Shown: positions 45,838 to 56,783 of the stretch, in pieces
Numbering within the stretch: position 1 is the stretch's first letter
Layout of the letters: every line of letters starts with the position of its first letter
Source of the DNA: Guillardia theta CCMP2712
Lineage: Eukaryota > Protista > Cryptophyta
Assembly (NCBI RefSeq): GCF_000315625.1
Contig: NW_005434647.1
Location: 480,936 to 544,935, forward strand
Direction of reading: 5' to 3'
DNA length: 64,000 nt
The notes under the pieces: generated by a model
The model's input: only the letters and a program-made list of their open reading frames with translations
What the model was told of the DNA's origin: nothing
Database searches by the model: none
Position numbers and translations under genes: made by a program

Positions 45838-46665
45838 TCTCCTGCTCGTCCTCCTTCTGCTGCTGGTCCTCCTCCCCCTCCTCCTCCTGTAAAGTTTTCC
45901 ACAGGGAAGGGCTCTCTTGATGCTACTTCCTCAAGAGCTGCAATTTCTGAAATATCTTCGCCATGCAAATGTGAGTCGTCGATATGTTGTCTTGTGTTAG
46001 AAGTCAGACTTCCACTCTCAACTTTTCTACTCCCCCATATCCCTCTGATAACCTTCCTCTATCTTAACCTCCCTCCCTTCATCCCTTCTCCTCCCTCTCT
46101 TGGTTTCTGCTTTTCATACTTCGAATTCACATCTCTCTATGATGCTGGCCGCCTGTTTCCTTATCTCTTCACGCAGGTGCAACTGACGGAGTTTGAGTTT
46201 CCTCCCCACAAGATTGCAAACATCCAGCAGCAACTCGAGAGCTTGATCGCCAAGAACTACTACCTCAATCGCAGCGCCAAGGATGCCTACCGCTCCTACA
46301 TCTTAGCCTACGCCTCTCACGGGTGAGCAACGGAGGGCCCGTGCAGGAGCTCACGAGTGCTCAGGCTCAAGAACATCTACGACGTGAAGTCGCTCGACAT
46401 GCTCGCCGTCGCCAAGTCCTTCGGCTTCAGCAACCCGCCAAACGTGAGAGAGCAGAGAGCGAGAGAGCAACGTGACGTCTGCATGCAGGTCATGCTCAAC
46501 TTCGGAGTCAAGCCATCCGATAGCGTGAGGAAGCGAGGAGGAGGGGGAGGATTTGGCACGGGATACAAGAAAGCCGTCACCAAGAAGAAGACAGGACATG
46601 GATTCAGCGCTGATAACCCTTACGGCATGAGACAACAGAATGACAAGCGACAGTTTGCAAAGTGA
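43592..46665 (+). CDS. DDX18: DEAD-box RNA helicase DDX18/HAS1
   Basis: [82 protein letters not shown] and [23 protein letters not shown]. The start may include an upstream exon. Confidence 0.95.
44894..44953. repeat. (GAG)n microsatellite in a DDX18 intron
   Basis: About 20 uninterrupted GAG units following the GKP|GTCAGT donor. Confidence 0.95.
45648..45890. repeat. Compound (CAC)/(CTC)/(CAA) microsatellite in a DDX18 intron
   Basis: Successive trinucleotide runs between the donor at ~45641 and the acceptor at ~45904. Confidence 0.9.
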
Positions 46666-46766
46666 ATAAAATGAAACTTGTAAGTGAAGATTCATGTAAC
46701 ACTAAAACACTTTCATACACTTTTATCGCTTTTATTCTCTCAAAACCTCACAAAAATAATATCGCA

Positions 46767-47672
46767 TTAGAAAGGAGGCTGCGAAGTGCCCTGTTCCCTC
46801 CTGTTCTCCTGCTGCTGGGTGGTGTAGGTGTAGGCGGGGTTGGCAGTGTAAGATCCATAAGGGTAGGCGTAGGAGTATCCGTACTGCGGCACAGCAGGGG
46901 TAGCAGCGGTGACTCCAGTCTGGTAGGCGGTGGTTCCAGGGAGGTAGTAGGAGTTGGTGATGGTGGGCTGGTACTCAACCACCTTGTTCACCGTCTGGAC
47001 CGTGTTAACAGTCTGGGTGACGGGGACCTGAACCTGAACGGGCTCCTGGACGGTCTGGTTGGTGTAGGTGGTGACGTTCTGGGTCTCGTAGTCGACCTTG
47101 GGGACCTGGTAGTTCTGGGTCTTGGTCTCGTAGACGGGAACGCGGTAGGGCACAGAGACGTCCTCGTAGACGGTCTTGGGGACCTTGTAGGTCTGGTAGC
47201 GAGTCTCGTAGACCTGCTTGGGGATCTGGATGGTCCTGGTCTCGTACTCAATCTTGGGGACCTGGTACGGCTGCTGGTAGGTCTCCATGACCTGAAACAA
47301 CAACATACATCAGCGCCCATATCAAGGGGTGTGATGACGTCATAAATAGAGGTTGGCAAAGTTTTCTTCATAGATCATGTATAGAAACAATCATTCTGGA
47401 CACAACACACAGCTATGCATCCAGGACAAGGAGAATTATCAAAAGAACAAGTTGCAAGACATTTGACTCACCGTCTTGGGAACGCGGACCTGGGAAACCT
47501 GAGGAACAGACACAACCTTGTTGACATAGGTGGTCTGGGGAACCATCACAGTCTGCTGAACAGGGACAGTGTAGGTCTCAGGGATGATGGCGCTCTGGGT
47601 GGGGAGGCCAGCAGTAATGCCAGGGGCAAGGGTCTGGGTTGGGTAGCCGTAGGAAGCGTAGGGCGTTGCCAT
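46767..47672 (-). CDS. Epiplastin/articulin-like cortical cytoskeleton protein (2 exons)
   Basis: V/T/P/Q/Y-rich with repeated VPK/VPV motifs (YQVPKIEYETR, YKVPKTVYE, YRVPVYETK) and Y/P-rich head and tail. Intron ~47292-47471. Strongly C/G-ending codons. Confidence 0.75.
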
Positions 47673-47707
47673 GCTGCTGCGATGCTCTTCCGCTCCGCAC
47701 GAGCCTC

Positions 47708-47716
47708 TCTTATACC
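47708..47716 (-). promoter_or_regulatory. Possible TATA-like box of the epiplastin gene
   Basis: GTATAAGAG on the minus strand about 40 nt upstream of ATG 47672. Confidence 0.35.
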
Positions 47717-48759
47717 CACGGGGCACAACACCCCCACCCCCAATCTGTCAGCCCACCCCTTGTTCCTCCGTTTTTTATTCGTACCCCCACCCTCCGAGCA
47801 TAACGGTTCCACGGGAAGACCCGAAAGTACTTCTACACCCCTATTATCATTGAAGAAATAAGGGGTGGGCGATCATCTACTGAGCTAAAAGGACCCTCTC
47901 ACCGTGAATACCCCTAAGGTAGCAGTACCATTATTAATTTACCCCTACAAAACTACCCTCGCCCCTCCTCTGCCCTCCTCTTTCCTACCAGGATCTTACG
48001 CCTCGACAACCTACCCCATCTCGAATGCCGAAGACACTACCCCATCTATTGTACACCCCATTTTTCTGGTACTGTGGAGTACCCTTCTACCCCCTGGTAC
48101 TCCCTTGACAGTAAGGCTCTACCACCCCTTTCAATCAGCCGTTACCGTCTTGGTAATGATCCCCAATAACCCCCACCCCTATTTTCCTAATACGACTCAT
48201 GGGTCCTCCTCTCCTCCATGATCCTGCGGATCTTCGTGTTCTCGAAGGACCCCACTACGACCCCTACAGGCATCCCTGGATTCACCACCCCCACCCCCTC
48301 TGACAATTCCAAGAGATGGTAACTTTCAGTGAGACGCACCGGTAATGACCAGACATTTACCGGCTACTAGAGGGGGACTACCCACCCCCTTTTCACGAAT
48401 CATTTACCGCTAAATTCACACCCGTAGTGACGTCGGTTACCCGGGGGTAACAATCGTCCGTGTACCCCACCCTCTAATATGACGACGGTCCCTGGGTGGC
48501 GCCCCCTTCCCGTTTGGGGCACCGGGCAGTTACTAAGTCTGATGAGCGGGTGCAGGTTACTGACAGTGAAATCATTGTACTGACCCCCACCCCCATGAGA
48601 TGACCGTCTGACCCCGTGGCCCTCCCTATGGGCAACCTCCTTCCAGTACGGCGCCGTACTTTTATCATTCGAGAAGTGGTCCCCTGCCACTCGCAAGGAC
48701 CCATAGTATCTGGATACGGCTTGCCCTAAGAGTAGTACCCACCCCTCAGTCCCGTCCCC

Positions 48760-50090
48760 TGGTCAGAAGTTTCCCGCCGGGAGCTGCAAGTTGCCGCGAG
48801 TTGGTCAGAGGGGCTGAGAACAGCGCGGCGCCGGGGCCGGCTAGCCTGCACTGATTTGGGGGAAACTAGGGGAATAGTTCCATCGAAAGTTAAAGGCACC
48901 GGTACTTTACCCTACAATGATACCAGGACCCCTGGGCCTACTAGGCTCACATTCCCGGCCACTGGACTGAGGAGTCCCGCCGGCCCTACTGAGAGTCGCC
49001 TACTCCGTGTAAGTTACAGAACGGCAGCACCGGGTACCCCCCCCATCCGGGGCTCAGGCTGGGGCCCGGAATAGTTCCCTGGCAGCGAAAGTTAAAGGCA
49101 CCGGTACTACCCTACAAAGATACCAGCACCGTGACCCCTCCTAGGCTAGGCCGCTAATTCCCCGCCCGGCGCCCCCCCCGCCCCCCCATCCTCTGGGGGT
49201 TCGTCGGCCCAGCCTCGGCTCCCGCAGGACTTCGGTACCGTGCCGGTTGTCGGCCCTCGGGAGCCGCTGGTGGCACGGCCGGGGGGAAACCTTATCATGC
49301 CGTCGCTGATCGGATGATTTACAGGCTGAACTCAAGTTTTTCCGCCGTGCCAGGCAGTCACGCCAGGAGGCACGATGGTCAGCAGTGACCGGGTTGAACT
49401 ACCCCTCCGAGGCTCCGGGCGACCGTAGGCTGCCAGGCACCGCCGGGCCCGGCCGCCGGGCCGCGCACTGGCGCAGTGCACGCGGCTTGAAGAAGAGAGC
49501 CGACCCCCACTGAACTTCGGAACTGGAAAGCTTGTTTCCGGTCGCCGCGGCGGCGGACTCAGCCTCCGGGTGCGGCTGACGCCGGGCCTAGTGCTCAGCA
49601 CGTCCCCCCAAAGGCCGCCTTTCAGGCTTCCCATCATCGCCCGGCCCGGCACTGCCATGATGGACTCTTGCCCGGACCGTACCGTACTCCGCGGCCGCCC
49701 GCCGATGCGTACGGTCACGTTGCGCTTTCTGTGCCCGGGCCACGCCGGTGACGGTGGCTGGCCGCGGATCCGCGCTCGGTATGCGTCTCATCATTCGGCG
49801 GCCGGGCCGGCCGGCCCGGCCACCGTCGGGACTCGGCTCGGACCTTCGGCGGCGGCCACAGCGCTATAGCGGCTCAGCGCCTGGCATGGCGCGGGGGATC
49901 TTCAAGTCTGAGTCTCGCCGTTCAACGTTTGGCCAGTGCTTGAGTAAAGGCCTGACGGTCCGACAGGGTACGGTCCCGGATCAACTTCCGCCGGGCCGGG
50001 CGCCGAGCACTCAGCCTCCGGCATCGGAGTCGCCGCACCAGGCCGGGCCGCATCCAAAGCTTGTAACGGATGCGTAACGGTTGTTGGCTC
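48760..50090. repeat. GC-rich palindromic intergenic island (similar islands at ~4905-4990, 21520-21690, 37860-38880, 57640-58510)
   Basis: Dense CCGG/GGCC/CCCGGG palindromes and shared TGAGTC/GACTCA, CCGTACGG and CCGATC modules; no credible ORFs. Confidence 0.7.
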
Positions 50091-50097
50091 TTCGGCC

Positions 50098-52260
50098 ATG
50101 GCTGGCGATTACGGCAGTGCAACGGGGGAGGCGATGCATCGATCGCAAGAGAGGGGGGAAGAAAGCCGCCATGCTTGGTCGCGTGAGCTCTCCTCTCCCT
50201 CATCCACCTGCCTCTACAGTCGTGAAGGTCGTTATCTTCTGTTGGTGACCAACCTGGTGCTCGTCGCCGCTGTGCTACTGTCCGTTCCAGCTGTCAGCAG
50301 ATCCATGTTGGCCTCATCACCCGCTGCCGTTGACGTCTCGCAGTTGGAGCAAGAGGCGAGCAAGGGCCTCCCGGAGGATCTTGCAAGGACACAAGAGCTG
50401 AGTGAGATTGCAGAGGGCGGAGGGGGCAGAGGCAGGGTGCAGGAACTGTATGAAACGCCTACGATACATGTAGGAGGTCAAGGTTTCATTTCTAGCGTCG
50501 CCCCCGCGCATGGATGCGGTCCATCAGGATGTACCTCCATGTTTTCTTCTTCAGCTCCCTACACCCATGGCGTCGATCCCTACCCGGCCTCGGCTGCTCG
50601 TGCTGCTGTGGACCAGGAGTTGCCAGCAATCCGAGAGCTGATTCGCAAGGCTTCTGATGACGAGAGCTACAGCGTCGAAGAGGAAGAGAAAGAGATCGAT
50701 ACAGTTGCAAGCGCTTCCCGTGCAGTGGATAGACAGGTTCGACTAGCAGGCTTGTCAGTCGCTCTGTTCTTGATCTCCATTTTTCTAGATCTCCTCGTTC
50801 GACGACGACATGCATGATGCAGCGAAGCGAACGAGAGAGCTTGTACCTGACTGACATATTACCGTTCCACCGTTGAATCCCTCCCGACAGGTGCACGAGC
50901 TCGAGAGGGTGAGGAGCATTGGATTGACCGCAGGACCCCCTGGACGGAGAGGCCCCCCTGGTCCACGAGGACAGCCAGGCCCTCAGGGGGTAGGGATACC
51001 AGGACCACAAGGAGCGATCGGTAGCGCTGACCTTCTACTCGAGTCGAAGATCTTGTAAGCTGCTCCATGCAGGGAACCCCGGGCTTGAGGGGCCACCAGG
51101 CCCTGACGGACCAGAAGGGCTGCAAGGAGCAGGTTGCGCGAGAGGCGTCGCCTCGAAATCAGCTGAGCTGTGTGTAGATGGCCTCGTTGGACTCCCAGGA
51201 CGGACTGGACCACGTGGCAGGAGGGGACGAGCGGGTCTGCCCGGGCGAATGGGCAAGAGAGGACCTCCTGGCAAGCCTGGTTATCCTGGGCCGCAAGGAT
51301 TGATGGTGTGTTGTCACCTCGCGAACATCTGTTGTAGCTCATCAGTGAGCAGGGCCCTGCTGGTGTCCCTGGACTGAACGGCAAGCATGGGCCCATGGGA
51401 CTTCCTGGTGCTCCCGGCACGCCAGGGCAGGTGAGAGCTGATCCTCCGCCGGGTCGGTTGCGCTCTGATGCCCCCCGACTCACTCCTCGTGTTAGTCCGG
51501 TCCGGTGGGCCCGCGGGGATTCGCCGGCCCTCCAGGCGTCCAAGGGCCCGTGGGCTTGCCTGGTCAGACTCGCTGCCATGGATTCTGAAACTGATTTTGG
51601 TTGAAGGCGCCATCGGACCTGCTGGCATCCCTGGAGTGTGGGGGAGACCTGGGGAGCAGGGAACTGACGGACAAGAAGGGAACGCCGGTAGAGGAGGCCT
51701 TGGAGCAAGGAGATGGGCTAACAACATTGAGCAGGTGCCCCTGGACCTGCAGGATTGTCTGGCAAAGGAGGGCAACGTATGCCTTGAGTTCTTCTTAGAG
51801 TCTCGCTGACGAACGAATTTCTTGCTGCTCAGCTGGAGTGCCTGGAGTCCCGGGCATGATGGGAGCAATGGGTCCAGCTGGAAACGACGGTGTCAAAGGT
51901 GGCCAACAGCAGCAGCATTCCTTGCATGGCCTTTCTCATGTTCTGCCCACCTCTCAGGTGCGAAGGGCCCTCAGGGTCTTGGACTAGTTGGAGCCACAGG
52001 ATCGCCGGGTGTCGCCGGAGTCCCCGGCCGACAAGGAGTGCCCGGCGTACCGGGCAGGAACGGAGTTATGGGAGTGCCTGGAGTGCCGGGCTCTAACGGT
52101 AGGAACTTGGCAAGGTGGAGGGTGAGTGGTCGCCTGACCAGCTGTAGGTATCAACGGATCGCCCGGAGCTGCCGGAGCGCCTGGAGTACCTGGAAGGAAC
52201 GGACACTCAGCAGGCTGTAACTATGCTTGCTTGCGTCGCTATGGGCACTGCCACTGCTAG
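50098..52260 (+). CDS. Type II membrane-anchored collagen-like (Gly-X-Y) protein
   Basis: N-terminal TM (YLLLVTNLVLVAAVLLSVPAV), helical neck, and Gly-X-Y exons from ~50933 (GPPGRRGPPGPRGQPGPQG...) split by many short introns. Ends GHSAGCNYACLRRYGHCHC* at 52260. Confidence 0.85.
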
Positions 52261-52415
52261 AGCAGAGAGCGACTTGATGTATCATAAGCGTCTAGAGGCG
52301 GGGGAGAATGAACAGGATCAGAAACTCGACCATTCATCGTTGAGTGAGGTTTTCTTAACATAAGAGACGAAGGGGAAGTGTTGAAGCCTGAACATGAAGG
52401 GCCGGGAAGAAGAGT

Positions 52416-52489
52416 AGAGATAGATGAAGGTATCAGAGAGAGAGATAGATGAAGGTATCAGAGAGAGAGATAGATGAAGGTATCAGAGA
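52416..52489. repeat. 25-bp minisatellite, 3 copies
   Basis: AGAGATAGATGAAGGTATCAGAGAG at 52416, 52441 and 52466. Confidence 0.95.
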
Positions 52490-52537
52490 TTAGAGATAGA
52501 CAGGTTTGCAGGGGGTCACGGAACGAGGGAGGGAGGG

Positions 52538-55500
52538 TTACTTCTTAATCGATGGCTTGCTCAAGTCATGACGGTACGGAATGATCTTGTCGCTGTTGAT
52601 CGGGGTGAGTCTGTTCCGATCAACAGCAACCCTTCTTTGAGCAAGGGGCTCGGGGAGGGCGAGGACGTGCTGCCAGGCAAGTCAGTTGGGCTCAGAGCAT
52701 GACGGCAGACTCACCTCCTCAGGAGAAGACAAGATCTCCTCGATCTCCTCGCTCTTGTGCGCCAACAGCCCTTGGGTCTCGCTGGGGTTCTCCGGGCTCT
52801 CCTCAGATTCGTACTCCCTCTCGCTGCCTACTGGGGTCCCTTGCAGCTCCTCGGGCCTCTGGTCCTTGTCGCTGCTGCTGTCGGCGAAGGGCCAGAGAGA
52901 GACGTCGAGCTTCGTCGCTTTCCTGCTGCCGTCCTTGAGAGGTGAAACCTCGCTCGCCCTCCCCTTGGCCCTGCTCGACGAGGCCGGCCTGTTCTCACTC
53001 TGCCCGAAGTTCTTGCGCGTCGCAGGAGAGCGGGATGGAGAGCGGAACCTATTCGATCCTCTCCCGCCCTCCAGGTTGCTCTCCACCCCTGCAGCCTCAA
53101 CCGTTTGCGGCCTTTGGCTTGCACTCTGCGACTCAGGTCGGTTCCTGGTGGGCGTTCGGTTTGTCCGAGCAGCGTTGGAGCTCGTTAGGTTCATCATGGA
53201 GCTCGCGTCCTGGGACCGCAGCATGTCTGAGGCGGGCGAGGGCCTCCGCTGGTTTGCGCGGAGCTTGGGAGGACGGGAGAACTGCCCTACGTACCTCACC
53301 TGCCTCTGGTCTGTCAGAAAGTCCTCGATCTGTCTCAAGGCATCTAGGATCTTGTCCCAGGACGGCCGTTTGTTGGGGACGCTATCCCAGCAGCTCTTGA
53401 TGAGATTCTTGAGCTGCTTGGGGATGTTGTCGGGCAAGGACGGTCTTTGTCCCTGATAGACCGTCGCGAATGCGATCTGCATCTGGTTGAGCCCCGCGTA
53501 AGGCTTCTCTCCCGTCACCATCTCGCTCAGCACAACCCCGTAAGAGTACATGTCCACCTTTTCCGTGTACTTGTCCTGCTTGTAGATCTCTGGAGCAGAC
53601 CAACCGGGAGTGCCGAGCATGCCGCTGATCTTGGTGACGCTTTCATCCTTGATCCGAGAGAGCCCGAAGTCAGAGATCTTGCAAACCTTCAAGGAGTCCA
53701 CGAGGAGATTGCTGCTCTTGAGGTCCCTGTGGATGATCATCGGCCTCAACGAGTGAAGGTACTTCACCCCCTTTGCCACGTCTCGTGCAAACCCAAGGAC
53801 TTGTTCCATCTTGAGCTTCAGATTCTGCTTGTAGAGGAGGTCCGACATGGAGCATTCCAGCAATTCGGTCAGGACGCACAAGTCGGGCGACTGCAGCGAC
53901 GCTCCCATATAGCGAACGATGTTGCGATGGCGCAGGTTGCTCAGCAGCTGAACTTCCTTTCGGAACTCATCAGCATGCTTGTCTCCACCATCCGCGTATT
54001 GAATCTTGAGCTTCTTGACAGCAACCGACATGCCCTTCCAAGTCCCCTTGTGAACCACACTGAACCCTCCTTCCCCTATCACCTCCCCGAGCTCGATGTC
54101 CGAGAACTCGATGTTGGAGTTGTTGTCATAGCTGACGATGTCTATGAATGAGATTTCGCTCCAGGCTGACTCGCCCATGGCATTGACAGCTTTCAGCCGC
54201 AGCAGCATCCTCTTGTTGCTCGACAGCCCTTCCACGTTGCACATCAAGTCCGGCCCCCTGTAGACTTCCACAGAACTGCCGAAGGAGTTGGAGCTAGAAG
54301 AACGTGTCACTGGGGCACAGGTATCGACCACAGCACAGCTCACCTTGACTTGAGGTCCGTCTCTGACATCTCTAGCACGTACTCCTCCACAGGCAGGCCG
54401 TTGCCATCCGCCGCTTCCCATTCCGCACAGATATGGCCAGCATGCGCGCTAGAGAGCTCCAGCGAGCCCCGAATGGCGGGAGGGCCACACTCAGGAACGT
54501 AGCTCAGCTCGTCACTCCACTCTCCCGGCCCTGCTTACCTCGTCAAACAGACAAGTCAACGTCAAACCTCCTGACCTGCTTCATTCACGGCTCGCACACG
54601 GAACCTGTACTCCATGCCCACGTTGATATCCCCAATCGTGCAGATTCTTGTTGAGGGATCGGAAACCACAAACTCTTGATGCTGCATCCTCCCTTCACTC
54701 GTGGAGCTGCCGTCTCCCATGTACATCCCCGACGCCTGATCGAGCGCACCGCTTCCCACATCGGGCCCAGGAGGTGGCCTCTTGATGGAGGCGAGCATGG
54801 GGGACGTTCCTTGGAAAGGAGAGGTGCTCCTTCCTTTCAGGCCTCGAGACTCGTCGAAGAGAGATCGTTTACAGCCCACCGAGTTGACAGCAGCACCTTC
54901 TCCATTGGTGCCCGGCTGCATGTTATCGTCACGGTTGCTAGCATCTTCTACAGGAGAAACTTTCATTTGCACAATGTAAGATCTGATTTTGCTCCCCCTG
55001 TCGTCAGGATATTGCCAAGACAAGTCGACCGAAGTCGCAAGGCAGTTCAACAGACTCGGCAGAGGAGGAGCACCTGGAGCAAGGGCCGTAATCATGAAAA
55101 CCCGTTCCTCACCCCATGGCCCGATCCCGACGGAGTTCCTCGCGCACACCCGGAACCTGTACGTGCCTCCAATGCTCTGAAAGGTGACGATGCACGAGTT
55201 CTCTGGGCCATCATACACCTCTCTCCACGTCTCGTCCGACACTGAGTTGGAGATGTTGAGGGACCCTACCGCCCTCTGACTTGATTTCTCCACAGACACC
55301 TCCGCAGCTTGCACAAGGTAACCCTCAACCACCGAGCCGTTGTCCACGGCTTCGTCCCACCTCAGCTCCACCTCACCCGGGCCCCTGCACCGCAAACATG
55401 ATCAGATCACATCGTCAGTCAGGTTCGGAGGTACCTCAAGTCGATCCTCAGCCCAGTACAAGGATCAGGAGCCGTCACAGGGGTGACAAACATGGTGCCG

Positions 55501-56783
55501 GGGCTCCAGTTTGTGAATATCCAGGATTCGGGATTCTTGGGAGACGTCGAAGTGTTGGAGGCCTGGAGAGAAAACTTCGCTCGTACCTTGAAGGTGAAGG
55601 AACAGCCGGGTGAGAGGCCGGACACAGCACAGCACAAGGCCTTCCCCTCATAGACAATGCTCTGATCCCTCGTGTGTGTCTTTCGTCTTTCCATCTCCAC
55701 CACATAGGTGACATGATGGTCGAGGATGCCTTCTGCCTTCTGAAACTCGGACACGGACACCTGCTCCCAAGTGATCTGAACTTGATTCGGGTGCAAGTAC
55801 ATCAGTTCGGGAGCTTTCAGGTTCACATTCTTGAGGTTCTCTATGGCCGCATCGCCTTCATTCTCACTCTGAAAGTTCGCCTGGTTGCTCTCGTTCTCAG
55901 GGTTCTGGTTCATCTTGTCAACTCCCTCGCAGCACAACTCCAAATCAGTCTGTGAAGACTGCGGCGACAGAGACGCCATAGACAAGAGCACCGCGTCAGT
56001 TTGGCAGTTGGGGTTGCAAAACTGAGAGAACAAAACAACGGCGCTCCAATCACTCCACGGGCTGCAGCCCATCTTGTTGCTGGCCTGAACCCTGAACCTT
56101 GCATGAACTTTGTCGAAATCCCCACAGGACTTCAAGTCCTGAACTTGCAACTTGTACTGGTTGCTGCTGCCGTGGTAAACGATCCTGGTGTTGCTGTGAT
56201 TTATGGCAGATGTGTGTAAGATGTGATCTTTCCCTAGATTGTCTTCATCTGTTTCAATCAGAAGCATTTGCACATCATAATTCTCAATTTCCATTCCACC
56301 ATCCGTCCCAGAGTTCCAAGAAATCATAACCGTTGACTCTTTCGAGTTTGCCTCTGCACTTGGCGGATCTGGACGAGGAGGAACTGTAGCATGAGAAACG
56401 AAACTGACCAGGTTACTCCAGTTTCTCTCTTTGCCGTGTTCATCGATGACAGCAACACGGAGACAGAGCGAGCATCCTGGTTTCACATCAATGTCGAAGC
56501 TCGAAGACTCTCCTCTGTATATTTCACTGAATCCCTCATTCACGTCCTTCTCCATCTCCAGACAATAGATCTCATGACGAGCAGGAGCGTCCGCATGCGA
56601 CCTCTCCTTGCCGTTGGTTTTGCTCGGTGAGCTCCACATTGCACGGGCATGGCAGGGCCCCAGCGTTTGAACTCGAAGATACGGGGCGGCCTTGGCTTTG
56701 ACAAGTTTGGGAGAGGAATAGCTTCTTGTGATGTCTGCATTTGTTTCTGCGACATGAGCGCTCGTCGATGCCCCGCAACCCAT
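52538..56783 (-). CDS. N-acylated fibronectin type III repeat / Raf-like (TKL) protein kinase
   Basis: MGCGAS start, about six FN3 modules (e.g. RFRVQASNKMGCSPWS, YRFRVCARNSVGIGPWG), then kinase IGEGGFSVV, VAVKK, HRDLKSSNLL, DFG and GTPGWSAPE. Last exon ends PSIKK* at 52538. Confidence 0.9.

Noticed and set aside
45536-45892. PolyP/polyQ/polyR ORFs (also ~32400-32770, 58820-59150)
   Set aside because: They are translations of intronic microsatellites.
48856-50077. R/P/G-rich ORFs in GC islands
   Set aside because: Stop-poor GC-rich DNA with no recognisable domains or consistent frame.
52416-52489. CRISPR-like array
   Set aside because: Head-to-tail repeats without spacers, no cas genes, eukaryotic context.
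46767-56783. Functional cluster of cortex genes (epiplastin, collagen, FN3 kinase)
   Set aside because: Adjacency only; no evidence of co-regulation or conserved synteny can be seen here.
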